This document shows, in pieces, positions 39,738 through 48,832 of a DNA stretch of 50,765 nucleotides. Position numbers and translations under genes: made by a program. Position 1 is the first letter of the stretch. The number at the start of each line of letters is the position of its first letter. Source of the DNA: Bacteroides caccae (GTDB lineage: Bacteria > Pseudomonadota > Gammaproteobacteria > Burkholderiales > Burkholderiaceae_F); the NCBI GenBank assembly GCA_963590825.1, contig CAVAQL010000001.1, positions 6,151 to 56,915 on the forward strand, written 5' to 3'. The notes below the pieces were generated by a model. The model did not search any database. It had not been told where the DNA came from and saw only the letters and a list, made by a program, of their open reading frames with translations.

Positions 39738-41009
39738 CTAGCCTTTGAGTTTTTTGAGTTCTTCGTTATAGGCAGCTAGAGCTTCGGGGTGAAGTTCAAG
39801 CGCACGAACGAGGACGCCTTGCAAAAAGCTAATGGCAATGCCGTAATTTGTCATGGGAACGCCTTGCTCCTTTGCGGCATATAAGCGAGCGAGCATATGC
39901 CGTCGCGTCACAACACAACCGCCGCACTGAAGGATGATTTTGTAGCCGCGTAGGTCATCGGGAAAGTCTTTTCCAACAACAACGTCGGTCTCAAGAGCGC
40001 CTCCGACTTTTTCTGCTAGCCAGCGAGGGATTTTCTTTCTTCCGATGTCATCGGGTTGCGGGTGGTGTGAACACGTTTCGCAAATCATCACCTTGTCGCC
40101 AGGGGTAAGAAAGTTAAGAGTTGCCGCTCCCCGAGCGAGTTCAATCAAGTCTGATTTCATCACAGACATTTCAATCGAAAATGTTGTGACAGGAATCGAC
40201 GCAGGAACAACGCTAACGACTTTTTTCACCACTTGGCTATCGGTAATGACAAAAGCCGGGGGTGTTTTTTCGTTGGCAAGGGCTTCAGCTAAACGGTCTT
40301 CGCGCACAACGAGGCACTTGGCATCGGCATCAAGGATTGAACGAATCGCTTGCACCTGAGGAAGAATAAGACGCCCCTTGGGAGCTCCTGTATCAATTGG
40401 CGTGACAAGAATGATCGTGTCGCCCGGATGCACGAGACCCGAAAGAAACTCAGGCGTTGGTTCGATTTTCTCCGAAAGAAGTTTCACCATTTGGCTTCGA
40501 AGTTCTTCGATGCCTAAATTGTCTTTTGCCGAAACTTCGTTATAAGAAATCGCTTCACGTAAAAGCGCTTGTTTTAGCTCTGCACTGATCGCCTCATCGT
40601 CTGTTTTGTTAAAAACAAGAAGACTCGGTATCGCTTTTTCTTTTGCTAGGTTAAGTAGTTCTCGTTCTTTACGTCCAAAGCTATTGGGTGTTGTTACGAT
40701 AAGCGCCAAATCAACCCAAGAAAAGATTGATTTTGCTCGTGCGACACGCTGAAGTCCCAACTGCCCGACATCATCGACCCCAGGGGTGTCGATAAACACC
40801 ACTGGCCCTAAGGGAGCAAATTCAGCTGCCTTTTCGACAGCATCTGTTGTGGTGCCAGCGACATCACTGACAATCGATATCGACTGGTGCGTGAGCGCAT
40901 TCATTAAGGAAGATTTTCCTGCATTTCTTTTCCCAAAAAGACCAATGTGCAAGCGCAGGCCCTTGGGGGTTTCTGTGCGGGAAAGAATTTTTATCGTGGA
41001 GTTAGCCAT
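39738..41009 (-). CDS. hydF: [FeFe]-hydrogenase maturation GTPase HydF
   Basis: RLHIGLFGKRNAGKSS, GTTTD, DTPG, NKTD, APKGRLILPQVQ, TDSQ, CSHH...DIGR.KIP, CGGC, TNYG. Confidence 0.95.
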   Translation of the reverse strand: MANSTIKILSRTETPKGLRLHIGLFGKRNAGKSSLMNALTHQSISIVSDVAGTTTDAVEKAAEFAPLGPVVFIDTPGVDDVGQLGLQRVARAKSIFSWVDLALIVTTPNSFGRKERELLNLAKEKAIPSLLVFNKTDDEAISAELKQALLREAISYNEVSAKDNLGIEELRSQMVKLLSEKIEPTPEFLSGLVHPGDTIILVTPIDTGAPKGRLILPQVQAIRSILDADAKCLVVREDRLAEALANEKTPPAFVITDSQVVKKVVSVVPASIPVTTFSIEMSVMKSDLIELARGAATLNFLTPGDKVMICETCSHHPQPDDIGRKKIPRWLAEKVGGALETDVVVGKDFPDDLRGYKIILQCGGCVVTRRHMLARLYAAKEQGVPMTNYGIAISFLQGVLVRALELHPEALAAYNEELKKLKG

Positions 41010-41057
41010 AATTCGTGCCCTCCAAAAATGACGCATCGTTTTCTTATCGATGCAATC

Positions 41058-42371
41058 TTACATATCGGCTTCTTTTAGCGGCTTACGTAATTGAGCTCGT
41101 ACGTTATCCATTCCAGAATAAAACGCCTTCATCATTACAAGGCCTAAGAATTTTCCAGTTTCTGTGACAATCAAGTGATCTTTATTTTGGGGATCATCTT
41201 TGATAGCGCCAACACAACGCAGGGCAAGCAGCTCTTTAAAGAGAGCCGTATCAAGATTGGCGTGATAGACGTCTCTAAAGTACTTACGCGATAGACGTCC
41301 TGAGAAAACGCCAAGCATTAGGCGGTATTGCAATACGGCGTGCTTATCAAAGAGGCGCTGTCGTTCGACACCTGTTTTTCCAGCAGCAATGCGCTCGCCG
41401 TAGCGCCGCAAGCTAAAGGTGTTGACGTAAAGATTGTTATTTAAGAAGCTAAAGGCGCCCGACCCTACACCGAGGTACTCATCGTTATCGACAACGTACT
41501 CGTCGATGCCTTCGTCGTGCGTGCGCCCGAACGTCCAACTCGTTAGCTGACGGTAGTGGTTTCCGAGCGTGTTCATAATGACGCGGTACTGATCGGCAAG
41601 CTCGTCGCCTTTGGCAGCAATCGTTCCTTTAACGCTCTTTTTCGTTTGGCTTGTCACCATCAAAGGATACGTTGTGATTTGCCGCGGATTAAGTTTTAAG
41701 AGAAGCTCCATATCGCGCTCAAGCATCTGAAGGCTTTGTCCACGGAAGCCGAAAATCATATCGATATTGGTCGTCGGAAAGAGTTCAAGAGCTTGGGCTA
41801 AGCGATCGTAAATCAAAGCGCCAGAACCGAATTTATCGTAGCGTTCGGTGAGCTTAAGAATGGAATCGTCAAAGCTTTGTACGCCGATACTCATGCGATC
41901 GACAAGACCTTTGAGCCGCCGAAATGAGGGCTCGGCAATCTGCAGAGGATCGGTTTCGCAAGAAACTTCTTTAATTGAAGGAAAGAGTTTCTTCGCGTGT
42001 TCAAGCGTTTGAATTAACTCTTCTTCGATAATTGTTGTCGTGCCACCACCGACGTAAAGGCCTGTGAAGTCGTAACCCAAGGCCTTCACATAATCCATCT
42101 CTTTGCGTAGATTAATAAAGTAGGCACGCGCGGTATGTTCCTTAAAAAGGAAGCGGTGAAATGTGCAGTACGAGCAAAGTGTTTTGCAAAAGGGCACGTG
42201 CATATAAAGCATGTACTTGTGCCCATCGACGGGAGCTGGAGGCGTATCGAGAATCACCGGGTCGCACGTTAAGTAGCGCCCAATATAAAAGTCCATCACA
42301 CGGTCTGTGAGATGAATTGCCCAATTGGGAAGTAGTTTTCCAATATCCTTTTTTGCTCCAGCTTCGCCCAT
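41058..42371 (-). CDS. menK: HemN-like class C radical SAM methyltransferase, probably MenK/MqnK menaquinone C8-methyltransferase
   Basis: LYMHVPFCKTLCSYCTFH, YVGGGT, QITTYPLM, DEYVVD..EYLGVGSGAFSFL, C-terminal M..FYSGMDNVR. Confidence 0.75.
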   Translation of the reverse strand: MGEAGAKKDIGKLLPNWAIHLTDRVMDFYIGRYLTCDPVILDTPPAPVDGHKYMLYMHVPFCKTLCSYCTFHRFLFKEHTARAYFINLRKEMDYVKALGYDFTGLYVGGGTTTIIEEELIQTLEHAKKLFPSIKEVSCETDPLQIAEPSFRRLKGLVDRMSIGVQSFDDSILKLTERYDKFGSGALIYDRLAQALELFPTTNIDMIFGFRGQSLQMLERDMELLLKLNPRQITTYPLMVTSQTKKSVKGTIAAKGDELADQYRVIMNTLGNHYRQLTSWTFGRTHDEGIDEYVVDNDEYLGVGSGAFSFLNNNLYVNTFSLRRYGERIAAGKTGVERQRLFDKHAVLQYRLMLGVFSGRLSRKYFRDVYHANLDTALFKELLALRCVGAIKDDPQNKDHLIVTETGKFLGLVMMKAFYSGMDNVRAQLRKPLKEADM

Positions 42372-42378
42372 ATCGTCC

Positions 42379-44235
42379 CTATTTATGAATAGCGTACATC
42401 GCCTCGATTTCGTCGTGGAACTTCTTGGTTAACGGTCCACGCTTAATCTTTAATGTCGGCGTTAATAAGCCATTTTCAATTGTCCAGGGTTCAAATGAAA
42501 CCACCACATTGCGTGGTAAAGCGTAATGTGGGAACCCTGCTGCGGCAATTTTGGCACGACGCATAATAGCCGCTCGGACGACAGGTTGCTTGTAAGCTTC
42601 AGGGTCTCTTGGATCAATATTGTATTTTTTGGCAAATTCGGCCCATTCTTTTTCATCAACAACAGTCAGGAACGTGATGTAAGGGCGATCTTCACCGATT
42701 ACGCAAGTCTGAGTAAATAAGGGGTCGGCTTCCAAGGCGTTTTCAAGGTCAACGGGTGGGACTTTTTCGCCTGTGCTTGTGACGATAATTTCCTTAATAC
42801 GTCCGCGAATGCGAAGTTGCCCGTATTGGTCGACTTCGCCAACGTCACCCGTGCAAAGCCAGCCATCGCGAAGAATTTGTTTGGTTTCTTCTGGGCGATG
42901 CCAGTAGCCGAGCATCACGCTGGGGGACTGAATCTGAATTTCCTTTGTCACGGGATCCAAGCGCAATTTCACTTCAGGAATCGGGTTGCCGACCGTGCGC
43001 GGGTCATTGAGGCTTTTTGTGTTAACAGAAATCACGGGGGAACACTCTGTCATGCCGTAGCCTTGAACAATGTGTAGCCCCAAACCACAAAAGAGTTTGG
43101 CCACCGGGGCACTAAGAGCAGCGCCGCCTGCGATAGCGAGGTCAAGCCTTCCGCCAAAAGCGCCAAGAATCTTGGGGGCGACGACTTTTCGTAACATCGG
43201 GGCAAGGATTCGATCGAAAGGCGCAAGCCACGAGAAAGGCACGGGCATCTTGTTGTCGCGGCAGTGATTTCTCCAGCCCGAATCCACGCACAAATTAAAG
43301 ACAAGGCGTGTTAAGAAAGGCGCCTTACGGATGGTATCCATAATCTTCGAATAGATTCGCTCGTAAATGCGGGGAACAGAAATGAGCATATGAGGGCGAA
43401 TGATTTTGAAGTCTTCACCAAGTAAAGCAATCGAGCGCGTAAATGTTACTGTAAGTGCAAGTCCAAGCGGTAAGTAGTAGCCCGTCGTGCGTTCAAACGT
43501 GTGAGAGAGCGGCAGAAACGAAAGAAGGTGAAACTCTGGACGAAGCACATCGGTAATGGTTTCACTGGAATCAACAATGTTCGAAACAATGTTGGCGTGA
43601 GTGAGCATCACACCTTTGGGGTTGCCTGTCGTTCCCGAGGTGTAAACGATGGCAGCAAGGTCTTCTGGCTTTGGCCCGTTAGGTAAATCGCTATCCGCGA
43701 TGCTTTCTGCCTTTTTGAGCCAATCCTTAAGACCAATAACGGGAATTGCGCCTTGTTTTTCGGGAGTTTCTTCATCCGTGACGATGATAAGTTTTAAGTC
43801 GCCAAGTGCAATGCCAGTGCGCTCGATGGCTTCCCAGCGTTCAAGCTTATTGGTGACAAAAAGCGAAGCGCCACTATCGTTTAAAAGATACGCCGATGAT
43901 TTCGGGGTATCAATCGCATGCATCGGAACAGGTGTTAAGGCATTGGCAAGAGTGGCCTGATCGATTAATACGGCGTTAACGGAATTGCCAAGCAAAATGC
44001 CAACACGAGCGCCGCGTTCGAGCTTCGTTGCAACGAGGGCTTTACGCCAAAGTTGAATATTTTCGTCGAGCCACTTGTAAGAATAGTCAACCCAGCGATT
44101 TGAAGCGCGATCAAATTGCTGAAGGGCCGTTTTCTCAGGGACTTGTTTTGCACGGAAGGGAACAAATTCCGAGAGAACGTGGCAGTTATCACGTAATTCA
44201 CTAAGCAATTTGACGGCAGAAGAGGATTTTTCCAT
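42379..44235 (-). CDS. Long-chain fatty acid-CoA ligase (AMP-binding)
   Basis: YTSGTTGNPKGVML, FLPLSHTFER, QGYGMTE, TGDVG, GRIKE, LTPTLKIKR. Confidence 0.93.
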   Translation of the reverse strand: MEKSSSAVKLLSELRDNCHVLSEFVPFRAKQVPEKTALQQFDRASNRWVDYSYKWLDENIQLWRKALVATKLERGARVGILLGNSVNAVLIDQATLANALTPVPMHAIDTPKSSAYLLNDSGASLFVTNKLERWEAIERTGIALGDLKLIIVTDEETPEKQGAIPVIGLKDWLKKAESIADSDLPNGPKPEDLAAIVYTSGTTGNPKGVMLTHANIVSNIVDSSETITDVLRPEFHLLSFLPLSHTFERTTGYYLPLGLALTVTFTRSIALLGEDFKIIRPHMLISVPRIYERIYSKIMDTIRKAPFLTRLVFNLCVDSGWRNHCRDNKMPVPFSWLAPFDRILAPMLRKVVAPKILGAFGGRLDLAIAGGAALSAPVAKLFCGLGLHIVQGYGMTECSPVISVNTKSLNDPRTVGNPIPEVKLRLDPVTKEIQIQSPSVMLGYWHRPEETKQILRDGWLCTGDVGEVDQYGQLRIRGRIKEIIVTSTGEKVPPVDLENALEADPLFTQTCVIGEDRPYITFLTVVDEKEWAEFAKKYNIDPRDPEAYKQPVVRAAIMRRAKIAAAGFPHYALPRNVVVSFEPWTIENGLLTPTLKIKRGPLTKKFHDEIEAMYAIHK

Positions 44236-44373
44236 AACAATCTATAAAAGAGAAAAAGGATTGGCTTTTGTTCTTTTTAGGAAAGCCAAAGCAAGAGGCA
44301 GGTTCAATTTGGATAGGCAGTCTACAGCGAAACGACAGATTTGGAATCAGAAAAACGGATGAAGTAAAGAGCC

Positions 44374-46548
44374 CTAAGGGAGCGCAACGGGAGCGTTTGG
44401 TTGAGGAGAAACCTTCCCTAAAATTTCCGTTAAGGTCTTTTTGTCGGGCTTTCCAAACATGTATTGCGCTGTGTTTGCTGCCACGTGTTTCACGTAGCCG
44501 CGTGTCTCCGTAAAGGGAATGGTTTCAGCAAAAATTGCCCCATCAACGGTCCTTTTTAGGCGAGACCTCCAAAGAACGGCACGGCTTGGCCCTGCGTTAT
44601 ATCCAGCACAACTTAGAGGAATGGAGCCTTCGAAATTGTCGCTTACAAGCTTTAAGTACTGCGCTCCAATGACAAGATTGGTATCGAGCTTCGTAAGCGC
44701 ATCATCTTGATAATTCTTGAGTGCTAATTTTTTGGCAACCCAGCGAGCTGTTCGTGGCATCACTTGCATTAGACCTAGTGCACCAACAGAACTTTTTGCC
44801 GTTGAAATAAAGCGCGATTCTTGGCGAATGAGACCAAAAAGCCAATCCTCAGAAAGCCCAGCGACACGGGCGGCTTCTCTGACGGCCTTTTCGTGCGCTT
44901 TCGGGTAGACCAGATTGCGAACAAGCACTCCCGTTGACGCTGACGTGTTGATAGCGCGGTGCGTAAGCCCTATATCCAACGCAAATTGCGCCAGTTCTAG
45001 CCTCTCGCGCTTTCCCATTGTGCGCATCGCCCAGGCCCATTCACGGTTTCCTTCATAAAAAAGGTCGAGTGCATAAAAGCGACGCGCCCTTTCGATATGG
45101 GGATTCGAGTCAAAAGAGGCTTTTTTCTCCGCGGTTAGAGGCGGATTAAGAGTAATCATCCCTTTTTCATAGGGAAGATTTAACGCATCTCGCGCAAGGA
45201 GTCCGTAAAAAGATTGTTCGTGAGAAATCTTTTTGTAAAGCTCTTTCGCTTGCGTTTTTCTTTTTGTTGCCCAAAGGGCTCGCGCCTTCCAATAAACCCA
45301 GGTGGAGTCTTTTGCGATGGAAGTCGGTAGCTGCCCGATGGTTTTAAGAACAAGAGGCCAATTCATTTCGCGAAGATAGGCGCGCACATGCCAGGATAAA
45401 ACAGCATCGCGATTGACCAGTATCGGCAAGGAGCGAAGTGCGTTTCCTGCTCTCTGATAGTAGCGCGGCGCTTTTTTATCGTGATTGAGAGCGGCTTGAT
45501 AGGCAATATGGCCCCACATCAGAGTGCGGGTTGCAGCATCGAGCCGAGCCGAGGCACTTCCTGCGATGAGAGAGGCAGCTTGTGTGTCAGACCGGGCAAT
45601 GGCAATTGCAGCCACAGCTAATTGACGAGATGCGACGCGAGAAAGGCGTTTTTTATTTTTCGCATACCAATTCTTGGGATTGGCTAAAACAGTTTTAAGC
45701 GCACTCGCTTGAACAGGAAGCGTAGTCGATGCTGGAGAATTCAAGAATTCTTTGGCTAAGCGAATTTTGTTTTTCTGTAAAAGGATGAGTAGATAGTCCC
45801 AAGACCACTTTGGAGAGGCTGCGAGTGTCGCAGAAACAAGCCTTTGACAGGCCCTTTCTTGAAGAATTGGACTTGCAACAATTGTTTTTTTCGCATCATC
45901 GAGTGCTTTCTTTGTGTTTTTCGTGCGCAACGTGATTGCCGCCCGTAGGCAACGTAAATCGGCTTCTGAAGCCTGCCAAGTAAGCTTTGCCCAACGTGCC
46001 TCAAAGTTTTTTACATCGTCGTTAAGTCCGTAAAAGCGAGCGAGTTCCCCTTGGGCGCGCTCGCCGACGTATTGGTCAGCGTGCGCTGTGGCAAAGTGGC
46101 TTAGCTCAGATAAAACAGATGGATTCGCCTTTCCATTTTTGAGTTGCAGTAGATAATTCCAAAGTTCGACATACCCGTAAAGGGGATGACCTTTGGTTTG
46201 TTGCGAAAGCTCCTTTAACGCCTCAGGGTGGTTCTTTCTGAAAGCCGTACGAGCCGATAAGAACGCACTATCGGCAATTAAAGCCTGACGCGTGTCGCTA
46301 CCAAGTAGGCGAGAGGGAACGGGTTCATCGATGGCGTCTTCGGCTTCAAAAGAGACTTCAGGCGCGGCTTCGCTTACAGCTTCGGGCGCTTCTTTTTCTT
46401 CGGTTTCTTCTTGGGCTAGGGCTTCAAGGCGCGCGGGTGTTTCTTCAAGCGCTCGAGCGGCAAAAGCGTTGTTTATGAGACAAAAAGCTCCTAGGCCAAC
46501 CAAGGTCAAGCGAACAAAAGCGCAAAACGTGGGAGAATGCGGAGTCAC
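44374..46548 (-). CDS. slt: Soluble lytic murein transglycosylase (Slt70-like)
   Basis: GLIRQESRF, GALGLMQVMP, YNAGP, ETIPFTETRGYV. GTG 46548 precedes a signal peptide and avoids overlap with the divergent gene. Confidence 0.9.
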   Translation of the reverse strand: MTPHSPTFCAFVRLTLVGLGAFCLINNAFAARALEETPARLEALAQEETEEKEAPEAVSEAAPEVSFEAEDAIDEPVPSRLLGSDTRQALIADSAFLSARTAFRKNHPEALKELSQQTKGHPLYGYVELWNYLLQLKNGKANPSVLSELSHFATAHADQYVGERAQGELARFYGLNDDVKNFEARWAKLTWQASEADLRCLRAAITLRTKNTKKALDDAKKTIVASPILQERACQRLVSATLAASPKWSWDYLLILLQKNKIRLAKEFLNSPASTTLPVQASALKTVLANPKNWYAKNKKRLSRVASRQLAVAAIAIARSDTQAASLIAGSASARLDAATRTLMWGHIAYQAALNHDKKAPRYYQRAGNALRSLPILVNRDAVLSWHVRAYLREMNWPLVLKTIGQLPTSIAKDSTWVYWKARALWATKRKTQAKELYKKISHEQSFYGLLARDALNLPYEKGMITLNPPLTAEKKASFDSNPHIERARRFYALDLFYEGNREWAWAMRTMGKRERLELAQFALDIGLTHRAINTSASTGVLVRNLVYPKAHEKAVREAARVAGLSEDWLFGLIRQESRFISTAKSSVGALGLMQVMPRTARWVAKKLALKNYQDDALTKLDTNLVIGAQYLKLVSDNFEGSIPLSCAGYNAGPSRAVLWRSRLKRTVDGAIFAETIPFTETRGYVKHVAANTAQYMFGKPDKKTLTEILGKVSPQPNAPVALP

Positions 46549-46585
46549 GCAGAAATCCCCAATAGTTTGTGAAACACGGTTAGCT

Positions 46586-47170
46586 ATGATAACAGCGCCC
46601 ACAAAAAATGAATTAAGAAAGCTCTTTCTCATGCGAAGAGAAAGACTGATGCGCGATCATCCCGAATACCAACAGGCGATGAATACAGCTCTTGTTGATT
46701 GGCTTAACGCGCAGCAGGGCCATGTTGTTGGCTCGTATTGGCCATTTCGCGCTGAACCCGATATTTCAAGCGCCATTCGAAAGTGGCTTAGCGCCAGCAC
46801 CTCTCGAGAAGCCGCATTACCTGTTATCGATGATAAAGCAACAGGGTTGATGCACTACGCAAAATGGAGCCCTGCGAGCCCTATGCATATTGGGCCCTAC
46901 GGAATTGCTATTCCCAAAGACGATGTAAAGATAACGCCTGAGATTATCCTTTTACCCTGTTTAGCCTTTAATAGTAAAGGCGTGCGCTTAGGATCAGGCG
47001 CTGGCTTTTATGACCGCTATTTAGCGAAAAGAAAAGAAGAGAAGAAGTCCGTTATTTCTGTTGCGATTGCTTTTGAAAAGTTGCGTTGTGATGATTTGGT
47101 TGCAGAAGCGCACGACAAATTGTTTGATTGGATTCTCACAGAAGCTGGTATTCGCCCTGTTGGCGTTTAA
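46586..47170 (+). CDS. 5-formyltetrahydrofolate cyclo-ligase
   Basis: KNELRK, YWPFRAEPD, PCLAF, RLGSGAGFYDRYL, EAHD...D.ILTE. Confidence 0.92.
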   Translation: MITAPTKNELRKLFLMRRERLMRDHPEYQQAMNTALVDWLNAQQGHVVGSYWPFRAEPDISSAIRKWLSASTSREAALPVIDDKATGLMHYAKWSPASPMHIGPYGIAIPKDDVKITPEIILLPCLAFNSKGVRLGSGAGFYDRYLAKRKEEKKSVISVAIAFEKLRCDDLVAEAHDKLFDWILTEAGIRPVGV

Positions 47171-47183
47171 TAGGTTTTTAGCA

Positions 47184-47744
47184 ATGAACGAAAAGCAAAA
47201 GAAGTCAATCTTTCTAATCGGCATGATGGCTAGCGGCAAAAGCACTGTCGGTAAAGAGCTGGCAAAAATGCTAAATTGGGAATTCTTTGATATGGATGAC
47301 GTGATTGTCGCCGAGCAGGGGAAAAGCATTTCTGAGATTTTTAAAACAGAAGGCGAAGCGGCATTTCGCTTCTATGAAACCCAGGCGACGGCACAATTTA
47401 CGCAAAAAGAAGGTGTCGTTCTTGCTATGGGTGGCGGTGCCCCGATGTTTGAAGTCAACCATAAGCTTCTTGCAAGAGGCTTTGTTGTCCAGCTGTCAGT
47501 TCGGGTTTCTGACGTTATCGAAAGAACAAAAAATGACACGACGCGTCCCTTACTTCAGGCAGCGAATCCCGTCCAACGCGTGCGAGAGCTTCTGATTGAA
47601 AGAGCTCCTATCTATGATGCCGTTAGCGATATGAAGGTCAGTGTCACGCGAAAGAGCCCGCATGAGATTGCGCAAGAGGTTCTAGAGCAAGACCGTGTTA
47701 AAGAAATCGTCGCATACGTTACGGCACGAAAAGGAAAACAATGA
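47184..47744 (+). CDS. aroK: Shikimate kinase
   Basis: GMMASGKSTVG, GEAAFR, GGG, RPLL, R.PIY. Confidence 0.95.
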   Translation: MNEKQKKSIFLIGMMASGKSTVGKELAKMLNWEFFDMDDVIVAEQGKSISEIFKTEGEAAFRFYETQATAQFTQKEGVVLAMGGGAPMFEVNHKLLARGFVVQLSVRVSDVIERTKNDTTRPLLQAANPVQRVRELLIERAPIYDAVSDMKVSVTRKSPHEIAQEVLEQDRVKEIVAYVTARKGKQ

Positions 47745-48829
47745 TTCAATACGAAGTTCAATTGAAAGATCGCTCCTACCCAATATGGATTGGAGAAGGC
47801 GTGCTCGAAAGTGCTGGAAAAGAGATAGCTCCTCTTAAACCAACGCGCGTCTTAATCGTCACCAATGAGACGATTGCGCCTCTTTACGAAAGGCCGGTTC
47901 TTGAAAGCCTTAAAAAGCATCTACCTGAAGTTCCTATCGCCACCTGCGTATTGCCTGACGGGGAAGAATTCAAAAACATGGCAGGGATTGAAAAAATCCT
48001 TGATGCTGCGCATGCGCTTGGAGCCGATCGTGCCAGTGTTTTCGTTGCCTTGGGCGGTGGCGTCGTGGGCGATATGGCAGGATTTGCCGCAAGCCTTTGG
48101 ATGCGAGGCATTCGCTTTGTTCAAATACCGACGACGCTTCTCGCGCAAGTCGATAGCTCGGTGGGCGGGAAAACAGGCGTTAATTTACCGTATGGAAAAA
48201 ATCTGATTGGGGCATTTCATCAACCAAAACTTGTCTTGATCGATCCAACAGTTTTAAAGACATTGCCTGCTCGTGAAATTAGTGCTGGACTCGGTGAGGT
48301 TATTAAGTACGGCATCCTTGGTGATAAAGAGTTCTTTTCCCGACTCGAAAAGGAAATGCCCAAACTTCGAGCGCTTGATTTAATGGCGCTTGAAGAAGTG
48401 ATTGCGCATTGTTGCGATATGAAGGCTCGTGTTGTTCGAGACGATGAAAAAGAGCATGGCATTCGAGCGCTTCTCAATCTCGGGCACACCTTTGCGCATG
48501 CGATAGAAAAAATCACGGGTTACGGACACTGGTTGCACGGAGAAGCCGTGGGGGCAGGAATGGTGATGGCAGCTGCCTTATCTCGTCAATTGGGATTCTT
48601 ATCTGAAGCCGAAGAAAAGCGAATCGAGCGCGTTGTAAAAGCCGCTGGGCTACCTGTGCGCGTTACCGGAATTCACGCAAGCGAAGCGCTGCGCGTGATG
48701 CATGGCGATAAAAAAGTTCGGGGTAACGACTTACGCTTTGTTCTTATCCACGCTATTGGGTCAAGTGCAACGCAAACAGTCGATGAAGACTCTGTGCGCC
48801 GCACGATGACCGAATTCGGTTGGAACTAA
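47741..48829 (+). CDS. aroB: 3-dehydroquinate synthase
   Basis: DGEEFK, LGGGVVGD, PTTLLAQVDSSVGGKTG, LNLGHTFAHA, HGEAV. Confidence 0.97.
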   Translation: MIQYEVQLKDRSYPIWIGEGVLESAGKEIAPLKPTRVLIVTNETIAPLYERPVLESLKKHLPEVPIATCVLPDGEEFKNMAGIEKILDAAHALGADRASVFVALGGGVVGDMAGFAASLWMRGIRFVQIPTTLLAQVDSSVGGKTGVNLPYGKNLIGAFHQPKLVLIDPTVLKTLPAREISAGLGEVIKYGILGDKEFFSRLEKEMPKLRALDLMALEEVIAHCCDMKARVVRDDEKEHGIRALLNLGHTFAHAIEKITGYGHWLHGEAVGAGMVMAAALSRQLGFLSEAEEKRIERVVKAAGLPVRVTGIHASEALRVMHGDKKVRGNDLRFVLIHAIGSSATQTVDEDSVRRTMTEFGWN

Positions 48830-48832
48830 GCG

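Noticed and set aside
41058..42371. True HemN, or the missing HydG
   Set aside because: It has a HemN-like scaffold with the QxTxYPLM motif and lacks the ThiH/HydG motifs and the C-terminal CX2CX22C.
44251..44289. TTGGCTTT...AAAGCCAA inverted repeat upstream of the acyl-CoA ligase
   Set aside because: Short stem with a long loop; cannot be distinguished from chance or a weak terminator.
46549..46585. 6S RNA upstream of the cyclo-ligase, as in E. coli ssrS-ygfA
   Set aside because: Only 37 bp of intergenic space, too short for a ~180-nt RNA.
46292..46632. Long overlap between slt and the cyclo-ligase in the ORF track
   Set aside because: An artefact of longest-ORF starts; GTG 46548 and ATG 46586 give non-overlapping divergent genes.
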